This document shows positions 1 to 9,574 of a stretch of 64,000 nucleotides of DNA, one piece after another (position 1 is the first letter of the stretch; each line of letters begins with the position of its first letter). The DNA comes from a virus (Duplodnaviria; Heunggongvirae; Uroviricota; Caudoviricetes): positions 13,069 to 77,068 of the IMG/VR virus record IMGVR_UViG_3300033156_001279; one strand, given 5' to 3'. Below the pieces are notes generated by a model, which ran no database searches, was not told the origin of the DNA, and worked only from the letters and a program-made list of their open reading frames with translations. Both the position numbers and the translations under genes were made by a program.

Positions 1-1972
1 TTTCGGTGAGAGGAGGTAAAGACGAATCTCTGCTATTATTGGCTTGGATATGCCATCTATTCGTATGAGTCGTATTTGGTGACTTGAATACTATTCTGTA
101 GGTATCATTCTTATTTAATTGTAATTCCGAGAAACTTACATATTTCCAAGAATAGTTATATTTAGCAAGTTGAGGAGCATCGGATTTATCACATAAAATC
201 CCACTCCTTAAAACATTCTCATTATGGTCTCTAATTTCATAATAGAGATGGTCTTCTGGGGGAGCAGAAGATTCATAATTAGTTGATACTCGAACCGCAA
301 TTGAATTTATTACTCGGTAAAAAGATTCTGTTTGAAATATCTGACTGTGTGTCCAATTTTGAGAGATATATGCCCAATTATCACCATAGGGTTGACCTTC
401 ATAGGTTCCATCTGAATATTCTATTGCATAAATCCCCTGATGGTCGGGAAAATACCAGTTCCAACTTCCCTCCTTGTAATGTTTATAGCATTGTTGAGAA
501 TCGGCAGTATTTCCCTTTGGAATCATCAAATTATTCGGTTTAATAGTTAACCAGGCAGCATAATCTGTTTCGCTAACAGCCCCATCATGATATTCAATTA
601 CTATGTAATAAATATTGCCTGCAGTTAATTGGGCATCTAGAGGAACCCACCACCAACCTATTTCTGTGAATTGTATTAAATCAGAAGCCAGCCATGTTCC
701 ATCAGGATTACCCGCACCATCATCAGCCTGAATTCCCAGACGATATGTGGGATGAAAATCACCTTCAACTTTTTCTATATAAACATAAGCCTTGGAAACC
801 TGGCCTGAATTCTGAGCTGTAAATCTAAATGCCCATTTTTGATCTGTATATTTTAGGGAAGTGTAATAATCTGCATCCACTCTAAAAAGATTGGAATTTG
901 GATATTCATTACAACTTGCACTACTTGAGCTAAATGAGGAAGAAGAGAAAGAACTTGAAGAAGAGCTTGTACTTTCCAAAGTACATCTGAAAGACAAATC
1001 TCTACTACCATCTGCATACCAAGTACTACCACTATCATTGGAATAACAATATCGACTATTGATATTAAAATATGTCTGAGCTTCAGCAGAATCGCCTCCT
1101 GGAGTATAATTTCTCCTGATAATATAGTAATCTGTAGAATCTGAATTAGGAGAATTAACAACAAATCTATAAGTGGTATTTGCTTTAAGAATTAAATTGC
1201 TAGATAAAGTAGCATCATACCAAGCATAATTCTCGGTTACAGTTGTAGCAGTTACAAGAGTTCCATTTCTTAGAATATTTTCTTCGTCATCTCTTATTTC
1301 ATAATATAAATCATCTGCTGGATTACTTGCTGTTGATTTTTTGATATAAGCTCCGAAAGTACTAATTTCCGTACCAAAACCAGTTTCTGTTGTATGAAAT
1401 TGACCTTTCCAATAACTGCCATTTATCCCAATTGAACTAGTACGATCATAAGGAAAACCTTCTGAACTCCCATCAGAGAATTTTAAAACAAAACAAGGAC
1501 TAGCATTGCTATATTCATTCCAACTACTAGTCCCATCGGAATAATAGAGAACTTTTTGTTGAGTATCCGAGGAATCACAATCATAAGGAATAGTTGTATG
1601 ACCTGGTCCTACATATCTCAAGGTCGCATAATTATTATCATCAATAGTTCCAGAGAAATATGCAATCACTACATGATAAACATCTCCTTTTGTAATTCCT
1701 ATATTGGGTATGCTTACTTCTAACCAATCATCATCTGGAAGCTGCGTAGTAGAAGAAGCTAAAAGAGTATTTGGTTCTCCACCGCTATCATCCCAAATCC
1801 CTACCTCATAAGTAGGAGAAGTTCCTTTTAGATTATAAGTGCTAATAAAAATAGAAGAAACCTCTTTTGAATTTTGAGCAGTAAATCTAAAAGATCTCTT
1901 TGGAAAAGAGGCATTAAGATTTCCATAATAACCTGAATCAACAATCCAATTATTTTTGGGATTATAAGGCAT
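1..1972 (-). CDS. tail fiber / receptor-binding-like structural protein, N-terminal ~657 codons (5' partial in this window; ORF runs past position 1)
   Basis: Unbroken minus-strand frame from ATG at 1970-1972 (overlapping the upstream stop as TAATG) to the window edge. It is missing from the ORF track only because it has no stop in the window. Two internally duplicated ~300-aa halves (RFTAQNS..VS and LYYEIRD.EN.LR.G in both) are joined by the linker SSSSSSFSSSSFSSSS. Lies downstream of the tape measure and Dit-like genes. Confidence 0.45.
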   Translation of the reverse strand, partial: MPYNPKNNWIVDSGYYGNLNASFPKRSFRFTAQNSKEVSSIFISTYNLKGTSPTYEVGIWDDSGGEPNTLLASSTTQLPDDDWLEVSIPNIGITKGDVYHVVIAYFSGTIDDNNYATLRYVGPGHTTIPYDCDSSDTQQKVLYYSDGTSSWNEYSNASPCFVLKFSDGSSEGFPYDRTSSIGINGSYWKGQFHTTETGFGTEISTFGAYIKKSTASNPADDLYYEIRDDEENILRNGTLVTATTVTENYAWYDATLSSNLILKANTTYRFVVNSPNSDSTDYYIIRRNYTPGGDSAEAQTYFNINSRYCYSNDSGSTWYADGSRDLSFRCTLESTSSSSSSFSSSSFSSSSASCNEYPNSNLFRVDADYYTSLKYTDQKWAFRFTAQNSGQVSKAYVYIEKVEGDFHPTYRLGIQADDGAGNPDGTWLASDLIQFTEIGWWWVPLDAQLTAGNIYYIVIEYHDGAVSETDYAAWLTIKPNNLMIPKGNTADSQQCYKHYKEGSWNWYFPDHQGIYAIEYSDGTYEGQPYGDNWAYISQNWTHSQIFQTESFYRVINSIAVRVSTNYESSAPPEDHLYYEIRDHNENVLRSGILCDKSDAPQLAKYNYSWKYVSFSELQLNKNDTYRIVFKSPNTTHTNRWHIQANNSRDSSLPPLTE

Positions 1973-2760
1973 TATAAATAAGTGGGCCAATATTCAATAG
2001 CTAAGTCTATATTGAATGCATCGGCCATGATTTCTATCTTTAAATTATTTGTATTTGGACATAATTCAAAAAATACTCCTGTGAAATCTTGATCAGCACC
2101 ATTCAACTTAACGGTCTCATCAATTGAATTTATTACCAAAGTGTCCTTATTGCTGGTATTGAAATCAGCTTCAACCTGAATCCAATCTCCAGTGGAAGTA
2201 TTAGTCAGTTTAAACACTGTCATATTCGTTTCAGAATTCACAGTCATTGTTATTATTGGTTTTGCATTATAAGTTCCAGTAATCGAGAAAGTCTTCGTGG
2301 TATTAGAAGTTATGTTCCTCCAACTATTAGAAGTATCAGAAGTAGTCGCTTTTCCGAATGGCTCACACAAAAATTCAATTGTAAATGGTAACTGAGTTAT
2401 ATTCCAAAATTCCTCTGGGATATCTATAGCCTGAACGGTTGCTGTGAAGCGAATAGTGCCCGAGTCGTCAGTTATATCAAGATTGCCCTCTTTAGCCCTC
2501 AGAGCGTCCATAAACTCGTCTCTGAGCGTTCTGAGATGGGTTTCAGAGTCAGAAATAAGCCAACCAGAAGCAGTTATTATTTTTTGGGAATATCTTATAT
2601 TTTTTATATCAAAAGAATCCCTGACAGATTGCTGTCTTAAATTAATTACTTTATCTGGAAGTTGCCTGTAATGAATATCTCTGGTAAGTCTCTGTTTTTC
2701 TTTGTTTGAGGTATCTTGCAGGCTATAAGCATTAAATGAAATATTTTTTATACTAGACAT
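1972..2760 (-). CDS. distal tail protein (Dit)-like / tail structural protein
   Basis: 262-aa ORF directly downstream of the tape measure gene in transcription order. Called on size and position only. Confidence 0.3.
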   Translation of the reverse strand: MSSIKNISFNAYSLQDTSNKEKQRLTRDIHYRQLPDKVINLRQQSVRDSFDIKNIRYSQKIITASGWLISDSETHLRTLRDEFMDALRAKEGNLDITDDSGTIRFTATVQAIDIPEEFWNITQLPFTIEFLCEPFGKATTSDTSNSWRNITSNTTKTFSITGTYNAKPIITMTVNSETNMTVFKLTNTSTGDWIQVEADFNTSNKDTLVINSIDETVKLNGADQDFTGVFFELCPNTNNLKIEIMADAFNIDLAIEYWPTYL

Positions 2761-2778
2761 AATTTTGAACCTGGGTTC

Positions 2779-5157
2779 TTATCCACCAAGTTTAGTCCAT
2801 CTTTGCCTCTGACCAAGAACCTGACTAACTTGTCTGGCTATTTCCCTTATATCATTGTCATTTCTGACAGTATTGTACATGTTAATTGTGACATTTTCTC
2901 CGCCTCTAGTTTCCCCCGCTGGAATTATTCTTTCTCCTCCGTGAGCTATTATTGGAACTGCTTGACCTCTAATCCCTGGAACTATACCACCGAACTGAAA
3001 CGGCGAAAATCCAAGTTGCGACCATAAGAGACTTGAGACTATTTTTTGCCAAGTTCCTCCACCCTTCTTTACACCTCTTGAAGCTTCTTCTAATTCCCTT
3101 CTGCCCATTCCTTCCCAAGGGAGAGGCCCTAATTCAGGTATAGTTCTTATCCATCCCATTCCTCGAATTCTACTGATTCTTGCTATAGTTCTGTTGACTA
3201 AAGAAATCAAGTTATTCAATTTATCCCTGAACCAAGTAACAAATTTGGTTATAGGATCATATAATGCATCAGTAAGTGCTTCTCCTAATACTGTAGTTAA
3301 GCCCATTAGTGCAGCATGAAAAGTCTCAAGAATAAATTTTCCCAAATTCCAAACATTTTTTCCGATTTCACTGAATAACGCAGTCCAAAAAACTGGATCT
3401 AACAAATATTTGATAAAATTATCCCAACACCATTTACCGATTTTCTCGAAGGTAAGGCCCAACTCTCTCCAAAAAAACTCCCAAAATACAGGATCGGTTA
3501 AATCTTTTTGCCAACCTTTTAACCAATCTTTCCATTTCTCCCAAGCATTCTTCATTTTTTCAGTTTGAGCATCAACTGCTTCCCCCAAATTTTCTAAATT
3601 GTCCATTAAATTCTTAAAAATCCCTCCTTCTTCTTTTCCTTGTTTTTCTCTATCTGCTAAATACCTCTCCCAATCTTCATTTTCTCTTCTTAATCTCTTT
3701 TCCAAATCCTTAATTGTCATCTGATTTGCCCACAAACCTTTACTTCTTTCTCTTTCTAAATCTTCCATAATATCCTCAACTGCTCTTTCATGAGCCACTC
3801 TTCTATCTTCATCTATTCCCATTCCATCTTCTTGAGTTTCCGCCAGACCTTTAAATCCACTCTTGATATCAGCAATTCTTTTTTTGATATTATCCATGCT
3901 CTTTGCCATCTTGTCCCAGACTCCAGTATATTTCAAAACCAGATAAGTCCCAGCAGTTAAAACAGCACTAATTCCCAAAGCAGCCAAAGCTAATTTTGAA
4001 AAGGAAAAAGCAGCCACACCTACTATAGCACTCAGTCCTTTAAGAATATTAAAAAAAGAAATTAAGATACCTATTCCGAAAGAAATTTTGCCTATTAAGG
4101 TAGTAATAGCAATGCCCAGAATAGTAATTAATGCCACGGTGGTGTTTATTTTAGGCACTAAATCCAGAACTATTTCAGTTATTTTCCTGAGAGCATTAGC
4201 AACCACCCCCAGAACAGGAGCTAAAGCTTCTCCATAAACATTTTTCAAAAGTTGAATTGAAGTTCTCAATTTGTTCAAAGTAGCTCTTAAAGTTTCTTCT
4301 TCTATTTCATGATAGCCAACTGTATAAGCATATTTTTCCTCAATAGTTTTTAAAATTGCCAATGCTTTCTGCTTTTTTGAGAGTTGGTTTATTGTAAGTC
4401 CAAGCTCTTTTTTCAACCGCCTATCAGTCTCATTCCAGAGCATAAGAGCGGTAGTGTTGCCAGCAGCAATTGAAGTTCCCTTTAAAATTCTTTCTGACAG
4501 AGCCGTCAATGCCTTGGTCATATCGTCCATTTCACTTGTGGTCAGAAAAGCTACATCCAGAAATCTATAAATGAATTTTCTTGCTTCTGGAAAACCTAAA
4601 CCAGTAATATATAAATTCTTAACTGCATTTGCCGCATCTGTTAAAGGCATCAAGCCTTTCAAAGCCAGTTCCTGAGCAAGTTTCGTTGCTTCTTCAGTAT
4701 CTCTTCCATATGCCGCTGCTGCCACTTCAATTGATAAAAATGATTCCTGTAATTCAGCTGCAACATCAATACTTTCTTTTACTACTCTTCTCCATTGTCT
4801 ACTGATCTTACTAAAAATATTTCCTAAATATCTAAAATGCCAAGCAATAAAGGTTAATTGATAACCTATTCCCTTGGCGACTTTTTTCGTACCAGTTTCC
4901 AATCTGTTTATATGATTATATGCATCTTTGAAAGAAGTACTCCAATTTTGAGCAAACCTAGTAGCTACTTTAGCAGTTTTATCTTGAGCTTTGGAAAGAG
5001 AGTTAAAAGTCTTACTAGTCTTCATGAGAGACTTCGAAACTCCTTGACTGGATTTTTTGGTTTGTTTCCCAAGATTCGCAAGATTTTTAATCAGCTTTTC
5101 CTTTTCTTCTTTCCCCTTAACACTTAATTGAATTGTTACTTTAATTTCCTCTGGCAT
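2779..5157 (-). CDS. tail tape measure protein
   Basis: 792 aa, coiled-coil-rich, with a central block of hydrophobic transmembrane-like segments (ILGIAITTLIGKISFGIGILISFF...GVAAFSFSKLALAALGISAVLTAG). Follows the G/G-T chaperone pair, the canonical position. Confidence 0.6.
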   Translation of the reverse strand: MPEEIKVTIQLSVKGKEEKEKLIKNLANLGKQTKKSSQGVSKSLMKTSKTFNSLSKAQDKTAKVATRFAQNWSTSFKDAYNHINRLETGTKKVAKGIGYQLTFIAWHFRYLGNIFSKISRQWRRVVKESIDVAAELQESFLSIEVAAAAYGRDTEEATKLAQELALKGLMPLTDAANAVKNLYITGLGFPEARKFIYRFLDVAFLTTSEMDDMTKALTALSERILKGTSIAAGNTTALMLWNETDRRLKKELGLTINQLSKKQKALAILKTIEEKYAYTVGYHEIEEETLRATLNKLRTSIQLLKNVYGEALAPVLGVVANALRKITEIVLDLVPKINTTVALITILGIAITTLIGKISFGIGILISFFNILKGLSAIVGVAAFSFSKLALAALGISAVLTAGTYLVLKYTGVWDKMAKSMDNIKKRIADIKSGFKGLAETQEDGMGIDEDRRVAHERAVEDIMEDLERERSKGLWANQMTIKDLEKRLRRENEDWERYLADREKQGKEEGGIFKNLMDNLENLGEAVDAQTEKMKNAWEKWKDWLKGWQKDLTDPVFWEFFWRELGLTFEKIGKWCWDNFIKYLLDPVFWTALFSEIGKNVWNLGKFILETFHAALMGLTTVLGEALTDALYDPITKFVTWFRDKLNNLISLVNRTIARISRIRGMGWIRTIPELGPLPWEGMGRRELEEASRGVKKGGGTWQKIVSSLLWSQLGFSPFQFGGIVPGIRGQAVPIIAHGGERIIPAGETRGGENVTINMYNTVRNDNDIREIARQVSQVLGQRQRWTKLGG

Positions 5158-5338
5158 ATTTTCCAGAAAATCTCTTTTGTTTAGCCATTGCCTTTCTTTG
5201 AGCTCTCTTCTCTTCCTCAGCTTCCAAATTGATAAAACTTAGAAAATGACTAATTTTTTCCCAAGATTGATTACTCAAATCAGAAGGAAGGCAAGAAAAC
5301 TTTTTACATAATTGATACTCAATCCATTCAAAAGGCAC
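5141..5338 (-). CDS. tail assembly chaperone T segment (probably made as a G-T fusion by -1 frameshift)
   Basis: 65-aa ORF in the -1 frame relative to 5371-5700 (codon phase 0 vs 1 on the minus strand). It stays open upstream across the A-rich slippery site. Classic G/G-T arrangement before the tape measure. Confidence 0.45.
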   Translation of the reverse strand: MPFEWIEYQLCKKFSCLPSDLSNQSWEKISHFLSFINLEAEEEKRAQRKAMAKQKRFSGKYARGN

Positions 5339-5370
5339 TTCAGAGATGGTTTTTCCCTGAAGTGCTACTA

Positions 5371-5700
5371 TTACTTTTTTGAGGTTTTCTCGTTTTTTTT
5401 TAAGTTCTTCTCTAAAATCTCATTGGCTTTATCCATCATTATTTTCAGGTCTTGAAGAGGAAACTGATTCAGGGTCTTTTCGTTAACCTCTAATTCTTTC
5501 CCTTCTTTATCAACAAAATTCCAGCTCTTGATTATATGTTGCAAGACTAGAATCCCCCTATCAAAATCATCTTTAGCTTTGCCAATTTGTTTCATCTGAC
5601 CAAAAAGCAAACCATCATACATTTCAATCTTGCTTTTTGGAAAAGATGGAAGAGTTAACTCAAAAACTCCACGAATATCTTTTAGTTCTACATTTGTCAT
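5371..5700 (-). CDS. tail assembly chaperone (gpG-like)
   Basis: 109-aa acidic ORF between the major tail protein and the tape measure. Ends ...KTSKK-stop on an AAAAAAG heptamer. Confidence 0.45.
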   Translation of the reverse strand: MTNVELKDIRGVFELTLPSFPKSKIEMYDGLLFGQMKQIGKAKDDFDRGILVLQHIIKSWNFVDKEGKELEVNEKTLNQFPLQDLKIMMDKANEILEKNLKKNEKTSKK

Positions 5701-5728
5701 GGTTTTTAACTAACCTTCAACTTAGATT

Positions 5729-6826
5729 CTATGGTTGGGACCAAGAACTTGAACTCGAACTTGAGGGAGATACTGAACTGGATGAAGATTCACTAGAAGA
5801 ACAAGAAGAACTAGATAAGGATGTAATATAAGTTTCCCCTTCATAGTGGTCTTCGGTATTTCTAACTTCTATTTCTATGCTTCCGAAATCTGGGTCATAA
5901 TCTACAACAAAAGTTGGATTTTCAGTAACAAATCCTTCTGGAGAAGTATCTATTCCTCTATCAGTTAAATGGAAACTTGGGATTTTAATTCGAATTTCTT
6001 CCCTTGAGCTGTTACCTATTTCCTCACCTATGAAAGAAACTATCATCGCTCTGTGAGTTTGGTTTTCATGAGCTGCCTGCTCTGTTGTATCCTCGAAGAA
6101 AAGAGTGTAATCTCCACCTATCTCAAGTTGCCCCATTGAAATTTGGGCTGGAGAAGTAGAACCCGAAACATACTGTGCCTCGGCATTATTGTTAATTGTA
6201 AGTGTAAAAGCAGTAAGTTTTTTGGGAGTACTCTTTGCAGCCGAACTCAAAGTATCTCCGAAATAGATATTTGCATCCTTAAAAGCCAATACATTCTCCT
6301 CGGTTATGTCTAAAGTTCCAGCACCAGCTACAGGTTTTTTGCTTAATATCCCAGCAGTCAATTCAACCCAACCATCGCTAAAACTAATCTCAGCGGTATT
6401 TACCGTACCGTAATGATATTTTCGAATATTTTCTCCACCTGTAGTTTTCTCAGCCGTATCATAAACATTTAAGCAAAGAGTTCTCGGTGGATTTGAAGCT
6501 TTACGAGTAAATTTATGAAGATAGACATTACTCTCTTGCTGAACTCCTGTAACTGTTCCAGTCCCCAAGGCTGGAAATAATAAATAAGGGGCATTCTTCG
6601 CATCCAAAAGGATAGTAATATCTCCTTCACCTCTCTCTCTCGCAACTACCGAACCCCAAGCTCTCTCTCTGATTCCCTTAGCTGCTTCATCATCTAAAAC
6701 TTCTACTACGTTATGAAGGCTTTGTGAAGTATACGGAAGATACTTTTTGGGAGTATCGCCCCCCGTTCCTGCAGAAGTTTCAAGATTAACTCCTACCCAA
6801 CCACGTCTTCCAATTGAAACACTCAT
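5729..6826 (-). CDS. major tail (tube) protein with C-terminal Ser-rich extension
   Basis: 365 aa, immediately upstream of the chaperones. The C-terminus is SSSSCSSSESSSSSVSPSSSSSSSWSQP. Confidence 0.4.
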   Translation of the reverse strand: MSVSIGRRGWVGVNLETSAGTGGDTPKKYLPYTSQSLHNVVEVLDDEAAKGIRERAWGSVVARERGEGDITILLDAKNAPYLLFPALGTGTVTGVQQESNVYLHKFTRKASNPPRTLCLNVYDTAEKTTGGENIRKYHYGTVNTAEISFSDGWVELTAGILSKKPVAGAGTLDITEENVLAFKDANIYFGDTLSSAAKSTPKKLTAFTLTINNNAEAQYVSGSTSPAQISMGQLEIGGDYTLFFEDTTEQAAHENQTHRAMIVSFIGEEIGNSSREEIRIKIPSFHLTDRGIDTSPEGFVTENPTFVVDYDPDFGSIEIEVRNTEDHYEGETYITSLSSSSCSSSESSSSSVSPSSSSSSSWSQP

Positions 6827-6840
6827 AATTGAAATTCTTT

Positions 6841-7044
6841 TTATTTAGGCTTACGACCTTTACTTGGGATCTCTTTAATTTCTGGATTGCAATTAATTGT
6901 AAAAAAATTGAAAGAATTACAATTTGGACATTTAACTACTATATTCACTTTATTTCCTTCTAAATAATATCTGAAAAGTAATTGATTACAATCTCGATTT
7001 TTTTTATTTTTGCCTTTACATCGAAAATCTCTTTTTTTTTCCAT
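6841..7044 (-). CDS. small zinc-ribbon protein (Cys pattern reminiscent of Mu Com)
   Basis: 67 aa with RCKGKNKKNRDC...LLF...CPNC. Four-Cys ribbon, basic. Confidence 0.3.
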   Translation of the reverse strand: MEKKRDFRCKGKNKKNRDCNQLLFRYYLEGNKVNIVVKCPNCNSFNFFTINCNPEIKEIPSKGRKPK

Positions 7045-7045
7045 A

Positions 7046-7528
7046 TTATGGTCTATTTTGAATTCTAATAACTTCTAATCTCAAAGTACTCTCTTTAGTC
7101 ACAAATTGTTCACCCAATTCCGTAGTCCTGGCTCTCATTCCATATTCTATACTGCCAGCATTCCTAATATACCAATTCTTATCTAATCTAAGATTATTTC
7201 TAAGTATATACAAAATAGTCTTTGGTCTCAGATTGCCAGAACTATCTTTTCCTTCCATAATTTCAGTCAGGTATCTGCTTCCTATTATTTCTTTCTTAAA
7301 TTTTTTGAGTTCAATCCTGGCATCGATAATTACTAAAACATCTATTGTAAAAGTATATTGGTCTCTCTGATTATCAAGAATATCTATGCTGGTAGATATA
7401 GGTGCTACACATAAAGCGGGCAATTCTGAAGTAGGAACCAATCCAGGTTCATCTATAAAATAATCTTTAAATGTATCTCCTAACGAATCTTTTATTAAAT
7501 CTCTGATTTTTTCACAACTCGAAAACAT
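7046..7528 (-). CDS. head-tail joining / tail completion protein (hypothetical)
   Basis: 160 aa in the connector region between the fiber and the major tail protein. Called on position only. Confidence 0.25.
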   Translation of the reverse strand: MFSSCEKIRDLIKDSLGDTFKDYFIDEPGLVPTSELPALCVAPISTSIDILDNQRDQYTFTIDVLVIIDARIELKKFKKEIIGSRYLTEIMEGKDSSGNLRPKTILYILRNNLRLDKNWYIRNAGSIEYGMRARTTELGEQFVTKESTLRLEVIRIQNRP

Positions 7529-7529
7529 A

Positions 7530-8009
7530 CTACTTAAAATCTTTTTTAATTTGTTCTCTTATCCAATCCTGAAAAATTCTCCTAATTCCTGATTTTTGTC
7601 TCTTCTGAAATTTTAAAAGTATCCTTTTGGGCATCCGACTAGTTCCCTTCTGATGATACATTGCATAAGAAACAGGATTATAGACTTCCACCCAGCCACT
7701 GTTCCTGCTTATCTCGGGTCCTCGTATATAAAAACTTCTTTTTAATCTTCCTGTTCTTACCATCATGGGATAGACAAATCCTACTTCCTTCAATTTAATT
7801 CTTTTTGTTATATCTTTTAAATCAGGCCAGCCTCCAGATTGCATCTTTTCACCTCTTTGAGCAAAATTTTCAATTGCCTCTCTTCTCATGAACTCTGCTG
7901 ATTTCACAAGAGGTGTTTTAAGGTCTCCTAAACTATCACTAAACCTTTGAAATTGCACCCTTAATTTATCATCTCCTTCTATTTTTATTTTAATATCAGG
8001 ATAAGTCAT
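7530..8009 (-). CDS. head-tail adaptor / virion morphogenesis-like protein (hypothetical)
   Basis: 159 aa. Overlaps its neighbours by 1-2 nt, which indicates a translationally coupled structural operon. Confidence 0.25.
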   Translation of the reverse strand: MTYPDIKIKIEGDDKLRVQFQRFSDSLGDLKTPLVKSAEFMRREAIENFAQRGEKMQSGGWPDLKDITKRIKLKEVGFVYPMMVRTGRLKRSFYIRGPEISRNSGWVEVYNPVSYAMYHQKGTSRMPKRILLKFQKRQKSGIRRIFQDWIREQIKKDFK

Positions 8010-8974
8010 TAAGAAGTTGGTAAATCTGGATCTTTAAATACAATTGAAGGTTCGTCTCCAATATTGAATAATTCTCCTTTATCGGCAGCTTGTTCATAAA
8101 CATTACTTCCCGAAACAAATCTAATACTTCCCTGAGTTCCTATAACATTGCCATCATCATCCACTAATTTCAAAGTCCCATCCACTATTTTATTAATCAG
8201 ACTCCAAGCCTTTTCTATCATTCTCTGACCAGATTTCGATATTTCAATATCTGCTTCCATTCCATATTCCTTAGCTATCAAATTACCAGCAGATAACAAT
8301 TCTACAATCTGTTTTCCTAATTTGGGTTTGGGACTTAAGGGCAAACTATACACCCCAGCAATTGCAGATTCAAACTCATTTTCCGCCAAATCTCTAAAAT
8401 CTGAAATACTTTCATCTGATATCCCATAAGCTTCTTCAAAACCAGCCTGTTTTCTTATGGAATCTATAGAAGTATAATGGTCAGATTCCGCTGCTTGAGT
8501 AGCAACAGCATCATCTTTACTAGTCTCTTCATTATCTATTGTACTATAATAAGTAGCTTTATACCAACTTGAAGAAGTCCCACTTACATCCTCGTAAAAA
8601 GTCCCATCTGGCCTATCAACTTCAATGTCTTTGGTTCCCAGAAGAGAATATTGTCCAGTCTTTGAAGTTGCACGGTAGAATCTTCTCTGATTATACAAAA
8701 TCTTTTGAATTTGAGTATCTTTGGAATGAGCAAATCCCAAACTGCTATTCAACTCGATGGTATTATTGGATATTCCATCAGTCTTAATTTGTTTTAATTC
8801 AGTTTTCTCATCACCCAACCTACCAATTACAATATAATCTTCCTCTCCGCTGGTATCAGAAAATCCTTGTGAATTAACCACAGTAATTGAAGAACTGCCA
8901 GCATTCACATCTGAAGCAAGATAAGTAAGTTCACTTAAAACACTAGATTCTGTTGGAGCTTGGAGTATTTGCAA
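8009..8974 (-). CDS. structural protein (hypothetical)
   Basis: 321-aa ORF with the codon usage of the surrounding late operon. Confidence 0.25.
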   Translation of the reverse strand: MQILQAPTESSVLSELTYLASDVNAGSSSITVVNSQGFSDTSGEEDYIVIGRLGDEKTELKQIKTDGISNNTIELNSSLGFAHSKDTQIQKILYNQRRFYRATSKTGQYSLLGTKDIEVDRPDGTFYEDVSGTSSSWYKATYYSTIDNEETSKDDAVATQAAESDHYTSIDSIRKQAGFEEAYGISDESISDFRDLAENEFESAIAGVYSLPLSPKPKLGKQIVELLSAGNLIAKEYGMEADIEISKSGQRMIEKAWSLINKIVDGTLKLVDDDGNVIGTQGSIRFVSGSNVYEQAADKGELFNIGDEPSIVFKDPDLPTS

Positions 8975-9076
8975 AATAGTTCTTTTGTCACTATGAGTAG
9001 TTGGACTTTATTTCATCTTCTTTTTAGATGAAACTGGCACAAAGCGATGCCACATAATAAATTAACTTATTAATTC

Positions 9077-9105
9077 AATATAAAATCTAAATCAGTTAAG
9101 GTCAA
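9077..9105 (-). promoter_or_regulatory. candidate sigma70-type promoter (minus strand): -35 TTGACC, 17-nt spacer, -10 TATATT
   Basis: The reverse complement of 9077-9105 reads TTGACC-N17-TATATT. Sits upstream of the 8009-8974 gene. Confidence 0.3.
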
Positions 9106-9383
9106 GTGTTCAACCTAATTCTTCCAGGTTTTGTAAATAATTTAGCCTTTTCTTCTTTAGTCATTAATCTTATCCTTTTTTCCTGAGTAGAAAGTCTGGT
9201 TCTATCTATTTGAGCACAATATTTTGATACTAAAATCGTTCTTCCTTCTTTAGTAGAAAGTTCTGTTCTTCCTTTTGGAAGACGAAAAATCGGAATATAG
9301 CCATCATACCGAACATTTTTATCTGAATATGTATGATAAGCAGAACTATATTTGATATATCTTTCAGAATTAGAATTTGACAT
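9102..9383 (-). CDS. hypothetical protein (93 aa, basic)
   Basis: ORF with internal RTELSTKEGRTIL / RTRLSTQEKRIRL repeats. Confidence 0.2.
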   Translation of the reverse strand: MSNSNSERYIKYSSAYHTYSDKNVRYDGYIPIFRLPKGRTELSTKEGRTILVSKYCAQIDRTRLSTQEKRIRLMTKEEKAKLFTKPGRIRLNT

Positions 9384-9384
9384 T

Positions 9385-9543
9385 TTACTTAAACTCTTTT
9401 AAAAGCTCATCTATTTCCGCCAATCTTTTCTGAAAACCCTGCTTCAACATTTCTAATTGTTCTTTTCTATATCTTCGCTTTCTTTCAGTAGTTTCTATGA
9501 CTTCTATAGTTTTGTCATCAATTTTTGTAATTTTTTTTGCCAT
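9385..9543 (-). CDS. small coiled-coil protein (52 aa; not in ORF track)
   Basis: ATG at 9543 (reverse complement). Translates to MAKKITKIDDKTIEVIETTERKRRYRKEQLEMLKQGFQKRLAEIDELLKEFK, stop at 9385-9387. Confidence 0.3.
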   Translation of the reverse strand: MAKKITKIDDKTIEVIETTERKRRYRKEQLEMLKQGFQKRLAEIDELLKEFK

Positions 9544-9574
9544 ATTTCTTAATCTATTATTGTTTATTGACCTT

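Noticed and set aside
283-543. 86-aa plus-strand ORF
   Set aside because: Antisense to the continuous minus-strand fiber ORF and has no SD. Likely spurious.
853-1164. 103-aa minus-strand ORF of low-complexity I/L/Q-rich sequence
   Set aside because: It lies in a different frame inside the long partial fiber ORF (1-1972, minus). Its composition is the mirror of the real frame's Ser/Glu-rich coding. Treated as spurious.
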